Under the pieces are notes generated by a model that saw nothing but the letters and a program-made list of their open reading frames with translations, made no database searches and was not told the DNA's origin. From the NCBI GenBank assembly GCA_028534125.1, contig CM052816.1, forward strand, positions 3,970,001-4,034,000: 64,000 nt of DNA, given 5' to 3'. Shown here piece after piece: positions 11,401-24,597 of this stretch. Numbering within the stretch: position 1 is the first letter of the stretch; each line of letters begins with the position of its first letter. The DNA is from Lama glama. Its lineage: Eukaryota. Position numbers and translations under genes: made by a program.

Positions 11401-13115
11401 AAAAAAATAATCCTAAAATTCACAGAGAACCACAAAAGGCCCCAAATAACCAGAGGGATCTTGAGCAAGAACAGCAAAGCTGGAGGCACTACATGTCCAC
11501 ATTTCAGTTATATTGCAGAGCTGCAGTAATCAAAACAGTGTGGTGCTGGGATTAAAAACAGATGCACAGACCAGCAGAACAGAATAGAAAGTCCAGAAAT
11601 AAGCCCACACAGATGCAGTCAATTAATCTTTGACAAGGGTGCCAAGAATATACGATGAGCAAAGGACAGTCTCTTTAAAAATGGTGCTGGGAAAATTGGA
11701 TATCCACATGCACAAAAATAACGCTAGAGCCTTCTAATTGACTATACACAAAAAATTAATTCAGAATGGATTAAAAGACTTAAATTTAAGACCTGAAACT
11801 ATAAAACTTCCAGAAGAAAATATAGAAAAAAATCTTCCTTGACATTAGTCTTTGATTTCACAGATCTGACATCAAAAGCACAGGTAACAAAAGCAAAAAC
11901 AAACAAGTGGGACTACATCAAACTAAAAAGCTTCTGCACAAGAAAAGAAACTATCAACAAAAATGAAGAGCAAAGCTATGAAATGGGGGGAAATGTCTGC
12001 AAGCCATACAACTAATACAAAGTTACTACCCAGAAAACATAAGGAACTCGTATGACTTAGCAAAAAACAACCAACCAACCAAAACCAAAACAACCTAAGT
12101 TACACTATAAAAATGGGTATAGAACCTGAACAGGTATTTTTCTAAAGAACAGAAGAATATATACAAATGGTCAACAGGTACTTGAACAGATGTTCAACAT
12201 CACTAACCACCAAGGAAATGAAAATCAAAACCACAATGAGTTATCACTTCACACCCGTCAGGATGGCTATTATAAAAAAAAAGGCAAGGGATAACAAGCA
12301 TTGGAAAGGGTATGTAGAAAAGGGTGCCCTTTTACACTGTTAGTGGGAACATAAAATGGTACAAGAAATCAGTATGGAGATTCTTTAAAAGTTTAGAAAT
12401 AGAATTAGCACACGATCCAGCTCTCCCATTTCTGGGTATATATAGCAAAAGGAAATTAAATCAGGATCTCAAAGAGATATCTGCACTCCCGTGTTCACCA
12501 CAGCATTATTCACAATAGCCCAGATATGGAAATTACCTAAGTGTCTGCAGACAGGGAAGTGGATAAAGGAAATGTGATATGTGTGCAAGTATATACATAC
12601 ACATGAAATATTATTCAGCCATATAAAGAAGAACATTCTGCCATTTGTGACAATATAGATGAACCTGGATTATGCTAAGAGAAATAAGCCAGACACAGAA
12701 AGACAAATACTCTATTATCTCTCTTATATGTGGAATCTACCAAAGTCAAACCCTCAGAAACACAGAGCAGAAGGTGGCTACTGTGACTTGTGGACTGGGA
12801 AAAATGGGGAGATGTTGGCCAGAGAGTACAAACTTTCAGTTATAAGATGAATGAGTTCTGAGGATCTAACAGACAGCACAGTGTCTATAGTTAATAATAT
12901 TGTACTGTACACTTGAAATTTGCTAAGAAAAGAGATCTTAAGTGTTCTCACTACACACACACAAAAGGGAACTATGTGAGGTGATGGATGTGTTAATTAG
13001 CCTGATTATAGTAATCATCTCACTATGTATATAAACAAAATCATGTTGCATACCTTAAATATATATATATCATTTTAAATTGTCTACTGTACTTCAATAA
13101 ATCTGGAAAAATAAA
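8480..13115 (+). mobile_element. L1 LINE (L1MA9-like), 5'-truncated: ORF1 end, decayed ORF2, 3' UTR
   Basis: Endonuclease motif VVGDFNTPLS (ORF 9080-9277); RT segments ([16 protein letters not shown] near 11025); L1MA9-type 3' UTR (gtacaaactttcagttataagatgaatgagttctgaggatcta); AATAAA near 13096; many stops and frameshifts. Confidence 0.95.
10438..10606 (+). mobile_element. Younger L1 3' tail nested in the older L1 ORF2
   Basis: gctgtacaccagaaattgacacaacattgtaaa plus A-rich tail; flanked by aagaccgcattaa (10425-10437) and aagagcacattaa (10607-10619), an 11/13 TSD. Confidence 0.85.
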
Positions 13116-15319
13116 GCACAAACCACATCAACAGGATAAAAAAAATATTCTAGTATCGTTTTCATAGATTGCAGACAAGAGAATTTCACATAATTCTTAA
13201 AGCACACACGTGGTGAGCTATAGCATATTCTGATCTAGAATGAAACAGTAGTCCATCAAGGTAAACTTTTCATGACTCACATGAAAAGTGAGACCTGCAG
13301 TGACATGGCCAGAGTGCCACAGAGACGTAGTGTAGGAGTTGGGCAAAAGGTTCTCATTTTCTGGTATCTTGTTGCCTCCTGGGGCCAGTGACTGTGATTG
13401 CACTCTTGTCACCTCTTCAATCACTTGGGTGCTTTCTGCTGGGAATCACTTCCCGAAATACAATTATTGTTCCAAGATGCACTGTCTAGTTATCTACTTC
13501 TCTTCTTACCTCCTCTTAAGCAGTCAGGAAGTCCTTTTGTTTTTTTAAGTATTTCTATAAATTATGTTAATAAAAGCTAAATAGAAATAGATATGGCTAT
13601 TTAAAAAATTAAAGCATAGGTCCGAAGATAAAATGTGACCATTCTAAGTTAAATGCAGGCAAAAACTGTCTGATAAACCCTTTACCCTGCCCTTAACAGA
13701 GCAAGTACTCATTAAAGAGCTGCTGGAATGGGTGGGAGTAAAACACTTCTCTAACTTCAGAGGATTGCAGGGTTCAACAGCGAGGCGATGTTCCCTCATG
13801 CTTCCATCTTGATCAACTTCAACATTCTTGTCATATTCTGAGCCCATCTCTTGTAATTAGCAGAAACTGTTAGAAGAAACAGGCTGAGCCCAATCCAGCC
13901 GGACTGCATTATTATCCTATCTTAGGGCACAGCACAGAGTGCTGATGTACTAGGTATATAGAAATAGACTTTATGTACAATGTACCTAGTGGCTGTAGTG
14001 GCATGCTTTGCTGCTCACTCTCAAAATCAAGAAGCAGGAAGAAGCATAAACACTAAATGGTTGAGAACAGAAACGCAAAAGTCAGCATAAAAGGAAAGAC
14101 TGGTTACCTGACCAGCATTTTCAACACAAACTATGCTATGTTGGCACATCTAATGGAAAGAACGAAGCATCCACAGGTCACCTATGGATGCAAAGAAGGG
14201 GAGCCACGAAAGGGAAAAAGCAGGCAGAGTTCACTCAAGCATGGAAAGGAGTCTCTCAGCCTTGGACTCCCCGCTTGTTTAATGAGTGGCCGTTCTATGC
14301 CAGGCATTAGAGATACAGTAGATATAACAGACGAGGTTCTCTACTCTCCAGGCATTTATGGTCTTTGTTGGGAAGACTTTGAGTATCTTGGTACCACTGA
14401 CAAGACTGTCTCTGCTGGGCTGACTTTGCCTGATGCCACCGAGAAATTTGTTTCATCAAACTCTTTGTTTTGATTTCGAGTACGTTAATTATCTTTCTCA
14501 TTAAGTTCCCTCTTATCTCCCTAGAGGGAAGATAAGATGTTGTTCCCTCCAACCATGCAACACTTATCTGACACTGTAAATTTAAAAACTGCTATTTCTA
14601 CCTTAGACATCAATCTCATGAGGTTAGTTAGTGTGTTGGCCCCTGAGAGGGAAAAAAAACCCTCTCTTACTTAGCCAGTAGGATCACTTTCTTAGACGGA
14701 CGTCATGAATGGCATTCTGTGAGGACTCTATGGGAAGAGACCTGCCCATGAATGAATAAACACTACAACTTCTATACATTTCCAGACCCAGGGTGTAGAA
14801 TAATAAATCGGCATGGGTTTATAGCTAAAGGAATGGGTCAATCCTTTAACCACTCCATTTAACACATTTATAAGAGATCATGTGAGCTAAGCCACTTCAT
14901 CTAATCCTCTCTAAGATATTATCACACATCAATATTTTATTTTAAAGAAACTCTTAAAGATTCTATTATTAGATGAGCTGCAGCAGCACTGAAGCTCAGC
15001 GTAAAAGGTGAAAGTCAAACTGGAGTTTCTAGTAACATGATCAGCATCGATGAAATATTCTCCACTTTGGGGGAACCTAAGTCAAAACATAAAACATTTC
15101 CACATTGAATAAATGTATTGGGGGTTCTGGAGACGTTTTGGGAAATCACTGCGTTTCAAGACTTTGTGTGAATAATTTACTTGATTTTGAAACTGTAGCC
15201 TTTTAGTTTTAATGCATGAACTTGAAAGTGTTCTTTATATCCAAATATGGAAAATTGAATGAGGGGAAAATTTTGTACTTGCCACCTTGTTTGATATTTG
15301 CAGGGGTTCGAATTTCTTT

Positions 15320-15560
15320 GCTCTGAGATGGAACTTGACAGACCTGGATTATTATCCTGGTGCTGTCACCTCTTAGCCAGGAAAATAGTAAAATACTTAA
15401 ACCCTCTTATCCTGAATTCCTCATATGTAAAGTGGGAATTACAGAAGCCACATCACGAGACTATAGAAGGGTTTAACAAAATAATCTCAATAAAAGTAGT
15501 TTTAACATACATAGCGATAGCTAACATTCCTTGAGTGCTTACTGAGCTCTCATATAATAC
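15320..15560 (+). mobile_element. MIR SINE
   Basis: cagacctggattattatcctgg...tacttaaaccctc...ttcctcatatgtaaagtggg. Confidence 0.65.
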
Positions 15561-15889
15561 GTGCTCAACTATTAGGAGATACTGCTAAATTCAGCACTAG
15601 GATTATTATTTTTTTGAGTCGCCCCATTAGTTTGTATTTAAATACATTCAGAACAGAGGTACGCTGTGGTAGCAAGAGTCGACTATCAAAGTGAACCAGT
15701 CTACTGTTATTTTTGCTAATTTCCCAGCGACTTAATTACTACAACTTCATTTCATCATGATTTAGTGGATACATTTATAGGCCTCAGCTCATTTTTATAG
15801 CTCTCTATAGCAGAACTATGCTATTCCAGTTTATATTACATAAGAAGTTAATATTTAATACTAGTTCTTCAATCTATCCTCCCTTAATA

Positions 15890-16395
15890 CCAGTTGGACG
15901 CAGGACTCCCTTATCACTCATCCCTCTCTGTCTCTCTGCCTCCACTTAGCCCTCTAACAATGCATTCTTTAATTCTTGAACAGTATTGGCCCTCAGTGTT
16001 CAGATAAACCATTTAAAGCTTCCGTTTCTCTTAGGATGCCCTGTGAACTTCCTAACGTGGGTCACAAGGCACCGGATGACCTCAACCTTGTATGTTCTGC
16101 ATGACATCCAGGAAACAGTCTGCAGGTGCCTTCTTGCAGGAAGCCTTCTCTTTCTTCTCCTCCCTCTATACCTAGCTCTATCTTAAGTCCTCTGTTGTGT
16201 GCTCCACAAAGTTCTCTGAATTGCTCCTGTCCCACTGCTCTTCTCTACCGTGACTGTTTAGTCATCTGAAGGTTCATCTAGGTTGTCAGCCCTTGAGGAC
16301 ATGTATCTGTCCATTTGTCAGTTATTAGGAGACAACACACACCACACACCACCTGGGGCAGAGCAGACACTACAGTAATCGCTGGATGACGGGAG
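15890..16395 (+). mobile_element. L2 LINE fragment
   Basis: Degenerate pyrimidine-rich L2 3' region with an L2-type tail. Confidence 0.5.
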
Positions 16396-17477
16396 GTAAG
16401 AAAGGCAGCACCGAAAACTGTGCCCAGAAAGGCAGCAGTGGTAGAGACAGTGCTGGTGAATTGGAGAGCTTAGTACAAAGCAATATTTATAAGGCAGTCA
16501 ACAAGTTTGATTCATAAAGTTTAATCTTCAAATGTTACTCTGTGCTCATAAATATCTCAAGTGCTTACTGACCAATGAAACGTCCACCCAAACTTTATTC
16601 TCTGGCTTAATCTTTATAGACTATTTCAAAAGACAGAAGCAAGCTGCTACAATAATTAGTACGCTGAATTCTACATCCTCCAAGTTCAAGCAAAATAAAC
16701 TCCTCACCAATAAGCAAGCTTCCTCTAGATTTAGCGTTGTGTTTGCATTTAATTTATATTTTTGACTAAACTGGCTCTTCCCCTAAAAACTCTTTGTTGT
16801 ACCTAATTATGGGAAACTTAAGACATCTCATCACTAATTTAATGATTATAAAGCTGCACTTTCTGGAGAGTTTCACAAAATGTTAACCAAGATTTCCAGG
16901 ATGTACAAAAAAACAACGTTAAAAGAGATGTGTAAATACTTAAAAGAAAGAAATCAGGATGCCATGGCCTGTGCTGGATTTCTTATGCACATTTGCACAG
17001 AGGCCAAACTGAACAGCACTTACAGATTCAAGAATGAGTTGCACCAGCAGAGAAAGGATACATTTGAAGTTGGAGTCGACATTTAGGAATGGAAAACCTG
17101 TTTTCAGGATTTATTAAATGGAGATAGTGACTACCTTAACAGCCTATGTTCCCAGAACCCCAAAATGTTATTAACCAACTCTACAAGCCACTTAAATAAC
17201 AACATTGCTCAGCCCGTAAGATTCAGGTAGTTCCGCTACTTCCAATCTGATTGCTCACAGCCTTTCTGAGGGAATCTGATTTACTTTGGGAAACTTGACC
17301 TTATAGGTTATTATGTTTTGTAACTGGAACTGGAGGAGATGCAGAGGCTCTTTTTATTAAAATAATATTTACATATAAGCCTAGCAGCCAACATTTATTG
17401 AGTCCACTGTGTGCCCGGTGCTTTCATTACAGTATCTTTCTTCGTCTCATAGAAACTCTGTGTGGTTAGTGTAATCT

Positions 17478-17817
17478 CAGGGATTGGAACACTTTTTTTT
17501 TCCCCCTGTAAAGGGCCAGATAGTGAAGATGTTAGGCTTTGTATGCTGCAGTCTGTTGCAATTTCTCAGCTCTGCGGTGATGGCATGAGAGCAGTTGTAG
17601 ACAATGGATAAATGAATGGGTGTGCCTCCTTCCAACAAAACTTTTCATGAACACTGAGATTTGAATTTTATATTTTTTGTATGTCATAAAATACTATTTT
17701 TCTTTTTTGTTTGCTTTCAATTATTTAAAAACATTAAAAAATTCTTAGCTCATAAAATTTATAAAAAATAGATGGCAGACCAGATTTGGCCCACAGGCCA
17801 TACTTTGCCAATCTCTG
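17478..17817. mobile_element. MER58B hAT-Charlie element inserted in a MIR (~17385-17900)
   Basis: Termini cagggattggaa ... tttgccaatctctg; ctgtaaagggccagatagt; cagatttggcccacaggcca; MIR sequence continues on both sides. Confidence 0.85.
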
Positions 17818-18809
17818 CAATAACTATTTCCAGGCAGGGAACTGAAGCTCAGAGAGACATAGTGCCTAGTAAGTACAAATCCAATTCTGAATCTAAGGCA
17901 GTTTCTCTTTTGGTTTCCTGTGTTTCTGTGTCATGGTTTATATTCAACACAAAGGCTAAAATCTTCCTGTAGCCAAGATCTTAAAATGACTGACAAATAA
18001 GTGGATTATGCCTGAGTTGATAGGTTTCTTCTTCAAGTAATACTAAATTCAACCACACACTATCACCTTCTGTGGAGTTTTTTAACTCTCATTCGGAAGG
18101 GAAGTGTTTCTGGCAAATCAAAGCTAATACATTATGCTTATAATTACTCACTGGTCCTTATTTTATTTATATTACATATTTTATTTATATATTCCAGAAT
18201 TGGTAAACACTGTTTTTTTTTTCATGGTTAAAAACTCTGAAAACTGTTGCAACCAACTTCTGAAGAAAAGGTGAAAAATAAACAACAAGAAAAGGTGTGG
18301 GAAATCAAGTATAAATTAAGTTTCATGTTAACATTCTCTTTTAGAAATGAGTGTTTTAAAACTGAAAAGTCTTTGCAGCTTCCCAGGTAAAAGCTCTGGC
18401 TTTTTCCAATCAGAAACTTCAAGCACCATGAATCAAAAACTAACCGTTATGTGTAAAATTGGTGTGAGATCAGTCAACACATTTTCAAGGAGGAGAAGTG
18501 GAGGGAAGACGGAGGAGGGAAAGGAGGGGAGGGAAAGGCTGTCTCAGCCACGAGGGGCAACCGTAGATCCACGTGGACGTGGGACACACTGCTTAGAAAA
18601 GACAAGAGGGGAGAGAATGTCAGAAAATGAAAACAAATCTGCTTGGCACAGAGGAGACATCAAGAGCTTTGTAAATAAAAGCAGCTTGAAACAAGTGAAA
18701 CAATAAAAGAGGAGTCCCCCAGCCAGTGTCTACAGGGAAAAGGAGCTTACAAAACCCTCTTACGGGGCTACTTAAGTCAATATAGAGAAATAAGGAAATG
18801 GTAATAATT

Positions 18810-19040
18810 CCAATTAATTTTTTTAAGAGCTAACTCTTCACCAGTTACTGTATTAAGTGTTTTCCAAATATAATTTAATCCTTAGGACACCCCTATAATT
18901 TAGGGGCTGGAATTGTCCATTTTATAAAGGAGAAGACTGAGGTTCAGAGAAGGTAAGTGACTACCCCAAATCACATCGTGGATAAGCAATTAAGGATGAG
19001 ATGAACTCAGGCCTGCCAGATGATGAGGTCTGTGTCCTTA
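18810..19040 (-). mobile_element. MIR SINE
   Basis: ccattttataaaggagaagactgaggttcagagaaggtaagtgact. Confidence 0.8.
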
Positions 19041-20248
19041 ATTGCTATGCTAAACCACTTCTCATTCCTATTAATGAATATGAAATTGAAGTAGAGTGGT
19101 GCCATGGTTTAATATTTTATACGAGTAGCGGACTAATGTAATTTTCATAGCACTTTGTAATTTATAAAATGCATTCGCGCACACAACGTTCCACTCCACT
19201 TTCACAATATCCCGATGTGGTAGCTTAGGATTATCTTCCTCAAAGTACGTATCACGGAGGAAATTTATGTTCAAAGAAGTGAACTGTTTAAGGTCACAGG
19301 GCTGGAAATGTCAGCGTGGCGGGAGGGACACAGCTGCCTCTAGCTCTTTCTCTGGGAACTCTGGTCCCGCCGCTTACTCAAGGAATGTTTTTGGACAAAC
19401 AAACCCTCTTTAACTCCAGTATCCACAAGTGAAAAATGGGGATAGGATTTTAGCTTTTCAGAGTCTTTCTCAGCATGCAACTAATTAACCTGCGTAAGTG
19501 CCTTTGATACAGGTAGGCATGCCACCAAAGCAAATTCCCTTGGCCTGCCTGGGATACTGGGTATCTCAGAAAAATCCCTGAGGATATATGCATAGCACAC
19601 CATCATTTTTTTTTGTACACTTTAATATACAGAGCATTTATTTGTCGATTATACCTTAATAAAGCTGAAGGGGGGAAAAAAACCCAACTGGGAACAGCCC
19701 TGAAGCAGAGTTGTAAGCTCTGGGGTCTTATCTCAACCAGGCCCTAAGCCAGCTGTGACAGGGGACTGGAACTTCACATGCATTTGTCCCCATACGTTGA
19801 TAAACCAGCTGGGGTGAGGGAGGGCACCCTAAGTGATGGCAACAAGGAGTTGCGATCAGAGGTGTTTAATCTTTTGTTACCAAAGAGTAACAGCTGGCTC
19901 CAGGGTACTACTGAATAAAACCATAAGATTTGATAAGTTTTTTAAAAAATCTTGTAAAAGGAGAAAACTTTTTTCTTTTCTTTTTTTTTTTTTTGCTTGA
20001 TGTTGAAAAACTTGAAGTGAGTTAAATAACGTAAGACTAGGAGAGCACGGTTTCCCAAAGAGCTCTCACTGCAAAAAGAATGAAGTGATTGAAAAGGGAT
20101 TCTGAGAATCGTGTGGGAAGCTAGCTAATTGCACAGTGTTAAAAAAGATCCTTCATGCTGGATTTTTTGGAGCTTTAAATCCAATAAACCTCCAAGAGGG
20201 GTCTAACACATACAGCATTTCCTTAGCCTATATGACCACCAAGTCTTT

Positions 20249-20858
20249 GTTTTTTAGTTGAAGTGTAGTCGATTTATAATGTTAGTTTCAGATGCACAGC
20301 AAAGCGATTCAGTTATACATATATATACATACATATATATATATATTTCGGTTTCTTTTCCCTTAAGGCTCATTACAAGAAATTGAATATAGTTCCCTGT
20401 GCTATACAATAGGTTCCTGTTGTTTATCTGTTTTATATATAGTAGTGTGTACCTGTTAATCTCAAACTCCTAATCTATCCCTCCCCTCACTTTCCCCTCG
20501 GGTAACCAGTTTATTTTCTATGTCTGTGAGTCTATTTCTGGTTTGCAAACAAAATTTGTATTTTTTTTTTAGATTTCACATTCAAGAGGTATCATATGAT
20601 ATTTGTCTGTCTCTATCTGACTTCTCTTAATATGATAATCTCTTAGGTTCATTTGTGTTGCTGCAAATGGCATTATTTCATTTTTTATGACTGAGTAGTA
20701 TTTCGTTGTATACATATACCACATCTTCTCTATCCAGTCATATGTTGATGGACATTTGGGTTGTTTCCATGTCTTGGCTATTGTAAATAGTGCTGCTGTG
20801 AACACTGGGGTGCATGTGTCTTTTCGAATTACAGTTTTCTCTGGATAAATGCTCAGGA
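20249..20858 (-). mobile_element. L1 3' end (ORF2 C-terminus plus 3' UTR), artiodactyl/camelid type
   Basis: ORF 20569-20805 reads MFTAALFTIAKTWKQPKCPS (L1 ORF2 end). TSD gaccaccaagtcttt (20234-20248) / gaccactgattcttt (20859-20873); the CA vs TG difference fits reciprocal decay of one ancestral CpG. Confidence 0.95.
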
Positions 20859-22304
20859 GACCACTGATTCTTTTTTAATGGAGCATTTTATAGGACTAAT
20901 GTTATACAGGTCACATTTTGGAAAATTTCACGGCAGAAGAAATGCAGAGTGCTAACAAGAACTCTAACTCCTTGTTTTAATCAGTGTAATCTAATCAAGC
21001 CATTACATAACACCAATAATGTGCCCAATCCTGTACTAGAAATCCGTGGAGACAGAAAAAAAAAAAAAAGAATTGTCTGCAGGGCTTTTTCTACAGGACA
21101 GAAAAATAGACACATACAAAGGAACAATCATGTAACATCCAAGGGGCCAGTTTCCAGATCCAACCAAGTTAATTAAGGAGTGACAAAATCAAAAGTGAAG
21201 CATGAAACACATTTCCTGGAACAAAAATGCTGGAAATCTGAAAAATGTTGGGGGAAATAAAGTGGGCTAAAGACATGTTTATTTGAGGACCCAGATGTAA
21301 CTTTCACTCATCTGTGGGAAAGAACTACGGGCGCCTCTTTTGATCTTCAGCGCCATGAAATCACAAAGACCGAGATGGCCAGTCCAGGTTTTCTACCATG
21401 TTGGAGACACAGAGAGTCTCAGGACTAAAAAGCCTCCCTTGCTCTCCTGTGGACAAACACTGAACGTAACACTCCTCTTCGGGGTGTATCACATAATGCA
21501 CAGTGTAAAAAATAAACACTCAGAACAGGCAACAAAAACCAGAGAGTTTGCCAAATAAAGTACATTTCAGGCAGGCAAAAAACTGTTTCTTTCATTCCAG
21601 GATCCAGGAGGGAGGAGAAAGCATCCCTAACAGTACAAATGTAATCACGTAAAAACTCTTAGTTCCACTATGTTAGATGCTTTATATGCTAAGTGATGGC
21701 CTTGGGACTCTTGGTTGCCTTAGGTCTTTGACAACTATTCATAAAACACAAAGGGAAAGAGAATTCAGTGGCAGAAAAGCTCCCAGGAGTTTTTCTACCC
21801 AAGTAACTTCTTCCAAACTGTTTTCTGTCCCAACAACTTTCCTTGGCATATGTCTGTATTTAAAAGATGTTCTGAGGCACACGACTGAGTGTCAAGATCT
21901 ACCTTGTATAACTTTTATACTTTCCGTGTCTCTTAGTCTTCATGTAACGTTTCAATAATTTATTCTAACTCATCCTCATATGCTGCAAATCGCCATCACC
22001 ACCGCCATCATAGATGATGCAAATGCAGTTCAGAGTTAGGCATGTATCATCTCTAACCCTGAGAACAATACCAACAGAGAGGATGTGTGTGCCTGCATGC
22101 AGGTGCACAAAGACGCACACACACATCTCCTTTGTTGGGATATGTGTGCATGTTTGTGTATAAAACTAAGGTTTCAGAAAGGTAAGTAACATGTCCAAGA
22201 CCACCTGGCTGGTAAGAAAGAGCCAGGATCCCAAATCACACCTGGGTCCCTGAGACCCCACCACCTACAATGCTTCTGTTTTTCACTACATCTCTCCCAT
22301 ATAG

Positions 22305-23340
22305 ATTTTTATTTTATTTTTATTTTTTTACCGAGGTACAGTTGGTTTACAATGCTGTGTTAATTTCCAGTACACATAGGACCCAGGAATCCTGCTTCTG
22401 GGCACATATCCAGAAGGAACCCTACTTCAAAATGACACCTGCACCCCAATGCTCATAGTAGCACTATTTACAATAGCCAAGACATGGAAACAGCCTAAAC
22501 ATGCATCAACAGAAGACTGGATAAAGAAGAGTTGGTATATTTATACGATGGAATACTATTCAGCCATAAAAACTGACAACATAATGCCATTTGTCACAAC
22601 ATGGATGTTCCTGGAGAATGTCATTCTAAGTGAAGTAAGCCAGAAAGAGAAAGAAAAATACCATATGAGATCACTCATATGAGGAATCAAAAAAAAAAAA
22701 AAACAACAACAAAACAGAAATACAAAACAGAAACAGACTCACACACATAGAATACAAACTTGTGGTTGCCAAGGGGGTGGGGGGTAGGAAGGGACAGACT
22801 GGGATTTTAAAATGCAGAATAGATAAACAAGATTATACTGTTTAGCACAGGAAAATATATACAAGATCTTGTGGTAGCTCATAGTGAGAAAAAATGTGAC
22901 AATCAATATATATATATATATGTTTATGTATAACTGAAAAATTGTGCTCTATACTAGAATTTGACACAACATTGTAAAATGACTATTACTCAATAAAAAA
23001 ATGTAAAAAAAACAAAAAACACCAAAAAAAAAAGCAAAATTTCTGATGAACAGCACAGTGATTCAGATATACATATATATATATTCCTTTTCATTATAGG
23101 CTAGTACAAGGTTTTGAATACAGTCCCCTGTGCTATACAGTAAGACTTTGTTGTTTATTTTATCTACAGTAATTAGTATCTGCAAATCCCGAACTCCTAA
23201 TTTATCCTTCTACTCTCCTCTGTTCCCCACTGGTAACCATAAATTTATTCTATCTGTGAGTCTGTTTTTGCGCTGTAAATAAGTTCATTTGTGTCATTTT
23301 TTTCGATTCCACATATAAGTGATGTAGCATAGTATTTTTC
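22305..23340 (-). mobile_element. L1 3' UTR fragment, split by a younger plus-strand L1
   Basis: T-rich tail and gttggtttacaatgctgtgttaatttc at 22305-22376; continues at 23038 with cagcacagtgattcag...gattccacatataagtga. Confidence 0.85.
22377..23036 (+). mobile_element. Camelid-type L1 3' end (younger)
   Basis: ORF 22449-22682 reads ALFTIAKTWKQPK...WMFLENVILSEVSQKEKEKYHM; 3' UTR with AATAAA near 22992 and an A-rich tail. Confidence 0.95.
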
Positions 23341-24014
23341 CGTTTGGATTTTAGTCCTCACTTTTTTTCTCTTTATTTCTAACCTTTGAAACCTTTTCCC
23401 CACTCCTTTCTAACTCTCTCTAGCTACATTTCTAAACCTTCCTATCACTCTCTAGTTCACAGGGTCTTAGTGAGATTCTAACATAAAACATTAAATATAC
23501 ATTCAAGGAAAAGAAACAAAAAAAAACCTGCAGAAAAATATCTCAAATCATTCAACACGATCATCTCTGAGAAACAGTAGTATGAAGGACGTCCACTTTC
23601 TAGGTTACTGATTAAATAAGTTAACACTGTAAATTCTTTGAACAGATTAAACATTTTTTAAAAGTCTTTTTGCATTAGAACCACCTTTTGGTCAAGTTCC
23701 CAGGCTCCAGCCCAGGACTGCTGAATAGAATTATCTGAGGTGGAGAAGAGGAACTTAAATTTTGATCAGGCTCCCGAAGAGATGATTTTGCACAGCAAAG
23801 ACCGAAAACCTCCATTATATTTATTATAGAAGTCTAAGTACTCTGTGTAAATTAAAACTGTTTCTCTTCATACAACCATGGCCAACCCCCTCCAATTTAT
23901 GTTTCTTTATTTCCCTTTTTACCTCAGAATGTGCTGTGTGTTTACCCTGTTTTATTTTCCTTCTAGAATGCAAACTCCATGAAGCATAGCTTCCCTCCGC
24001 TTTTCTTCATTGTG

Positions 24015-24039
24015 CTCTCTCTCTCTCTCTCTCTCTCTC
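24015..24039 (+). repeat. (CT)n microsatellite within an L2 tail (~23880-24085)
   Basis: Direct reading; flanking ctagaatgcaaactccatgaag...gttgaataaataaatgaa is L2-like. Confidence 0.85.
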
Positions 24040-24420
24040 CTAGTAACTAAAATGATCAATGTCTGTTGAATAAATAAATGAAGGAAAGGGACCATTTTAT
24101 GTCCAACCTTTCCCCTCAACAGATACCCACTGACGGGTCCTGTGAGCTCTCCAAATACTCCATGTTTATCATCCTTCTATGCAACGTATCATCAGCACAA
24201 AAGCATTTCATATCCTCTCGACTTTCATCCCTACGAAGTCACACGCATACCTACGAGTTAACAATTCAGGAAACCAAAGCTGATAGTAGTTAAATTAGCA
24301 TTCTATTCCCTAAATGAAAGAACTGGGGTGGAGCTCAACACTTTTCATTCCACACGTAACTCTTTCCTCACGATACCAGACATATTTTCATCATAACCAA
24401 CTACTTCTTTGAGGCGGAGC

Positions 24421-24597
24421 TGTGGTTCTTCAGGGGAGTCCCTCGCCATCAGCATCACTTCAGAATCTGTTAGAAAGTCAAAAACTTAGACAGGACTTGA
24501 GTCCTAGTGGGTCAGAAACTCTGGGGAGGAATCCAACAATTTGTTTTAACATGCCCCCCAGGTGATTCTGGTGCAGGCTCCAGTTTGAGAAACACTG
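24421..24597. mobile_element. MER5A hAT-Charlie MITE
   Basis: tgtggttct...gcatcacttcagaatctgttagaaa...caggtgattctggtgcaggctccagtttgagaaacactg. Confidence 0.85.

Noticed and set aside
9080..12850. ORFs with endonuclease/RT similarity as an active retroelement or domesticated gene
   Set aside because: Fragments of a 5'-truncated L1 with many stops and frameshifts, an altered YADD motif (YADN) and a nested insertion.
13644..13847. ATG-initiated 67-aa minus ORF MGSEYDKNVEVDQ...
   Set aside because: All frames from the nearest good acceptor contain stops, the donor is weak, and no homology is recognised.
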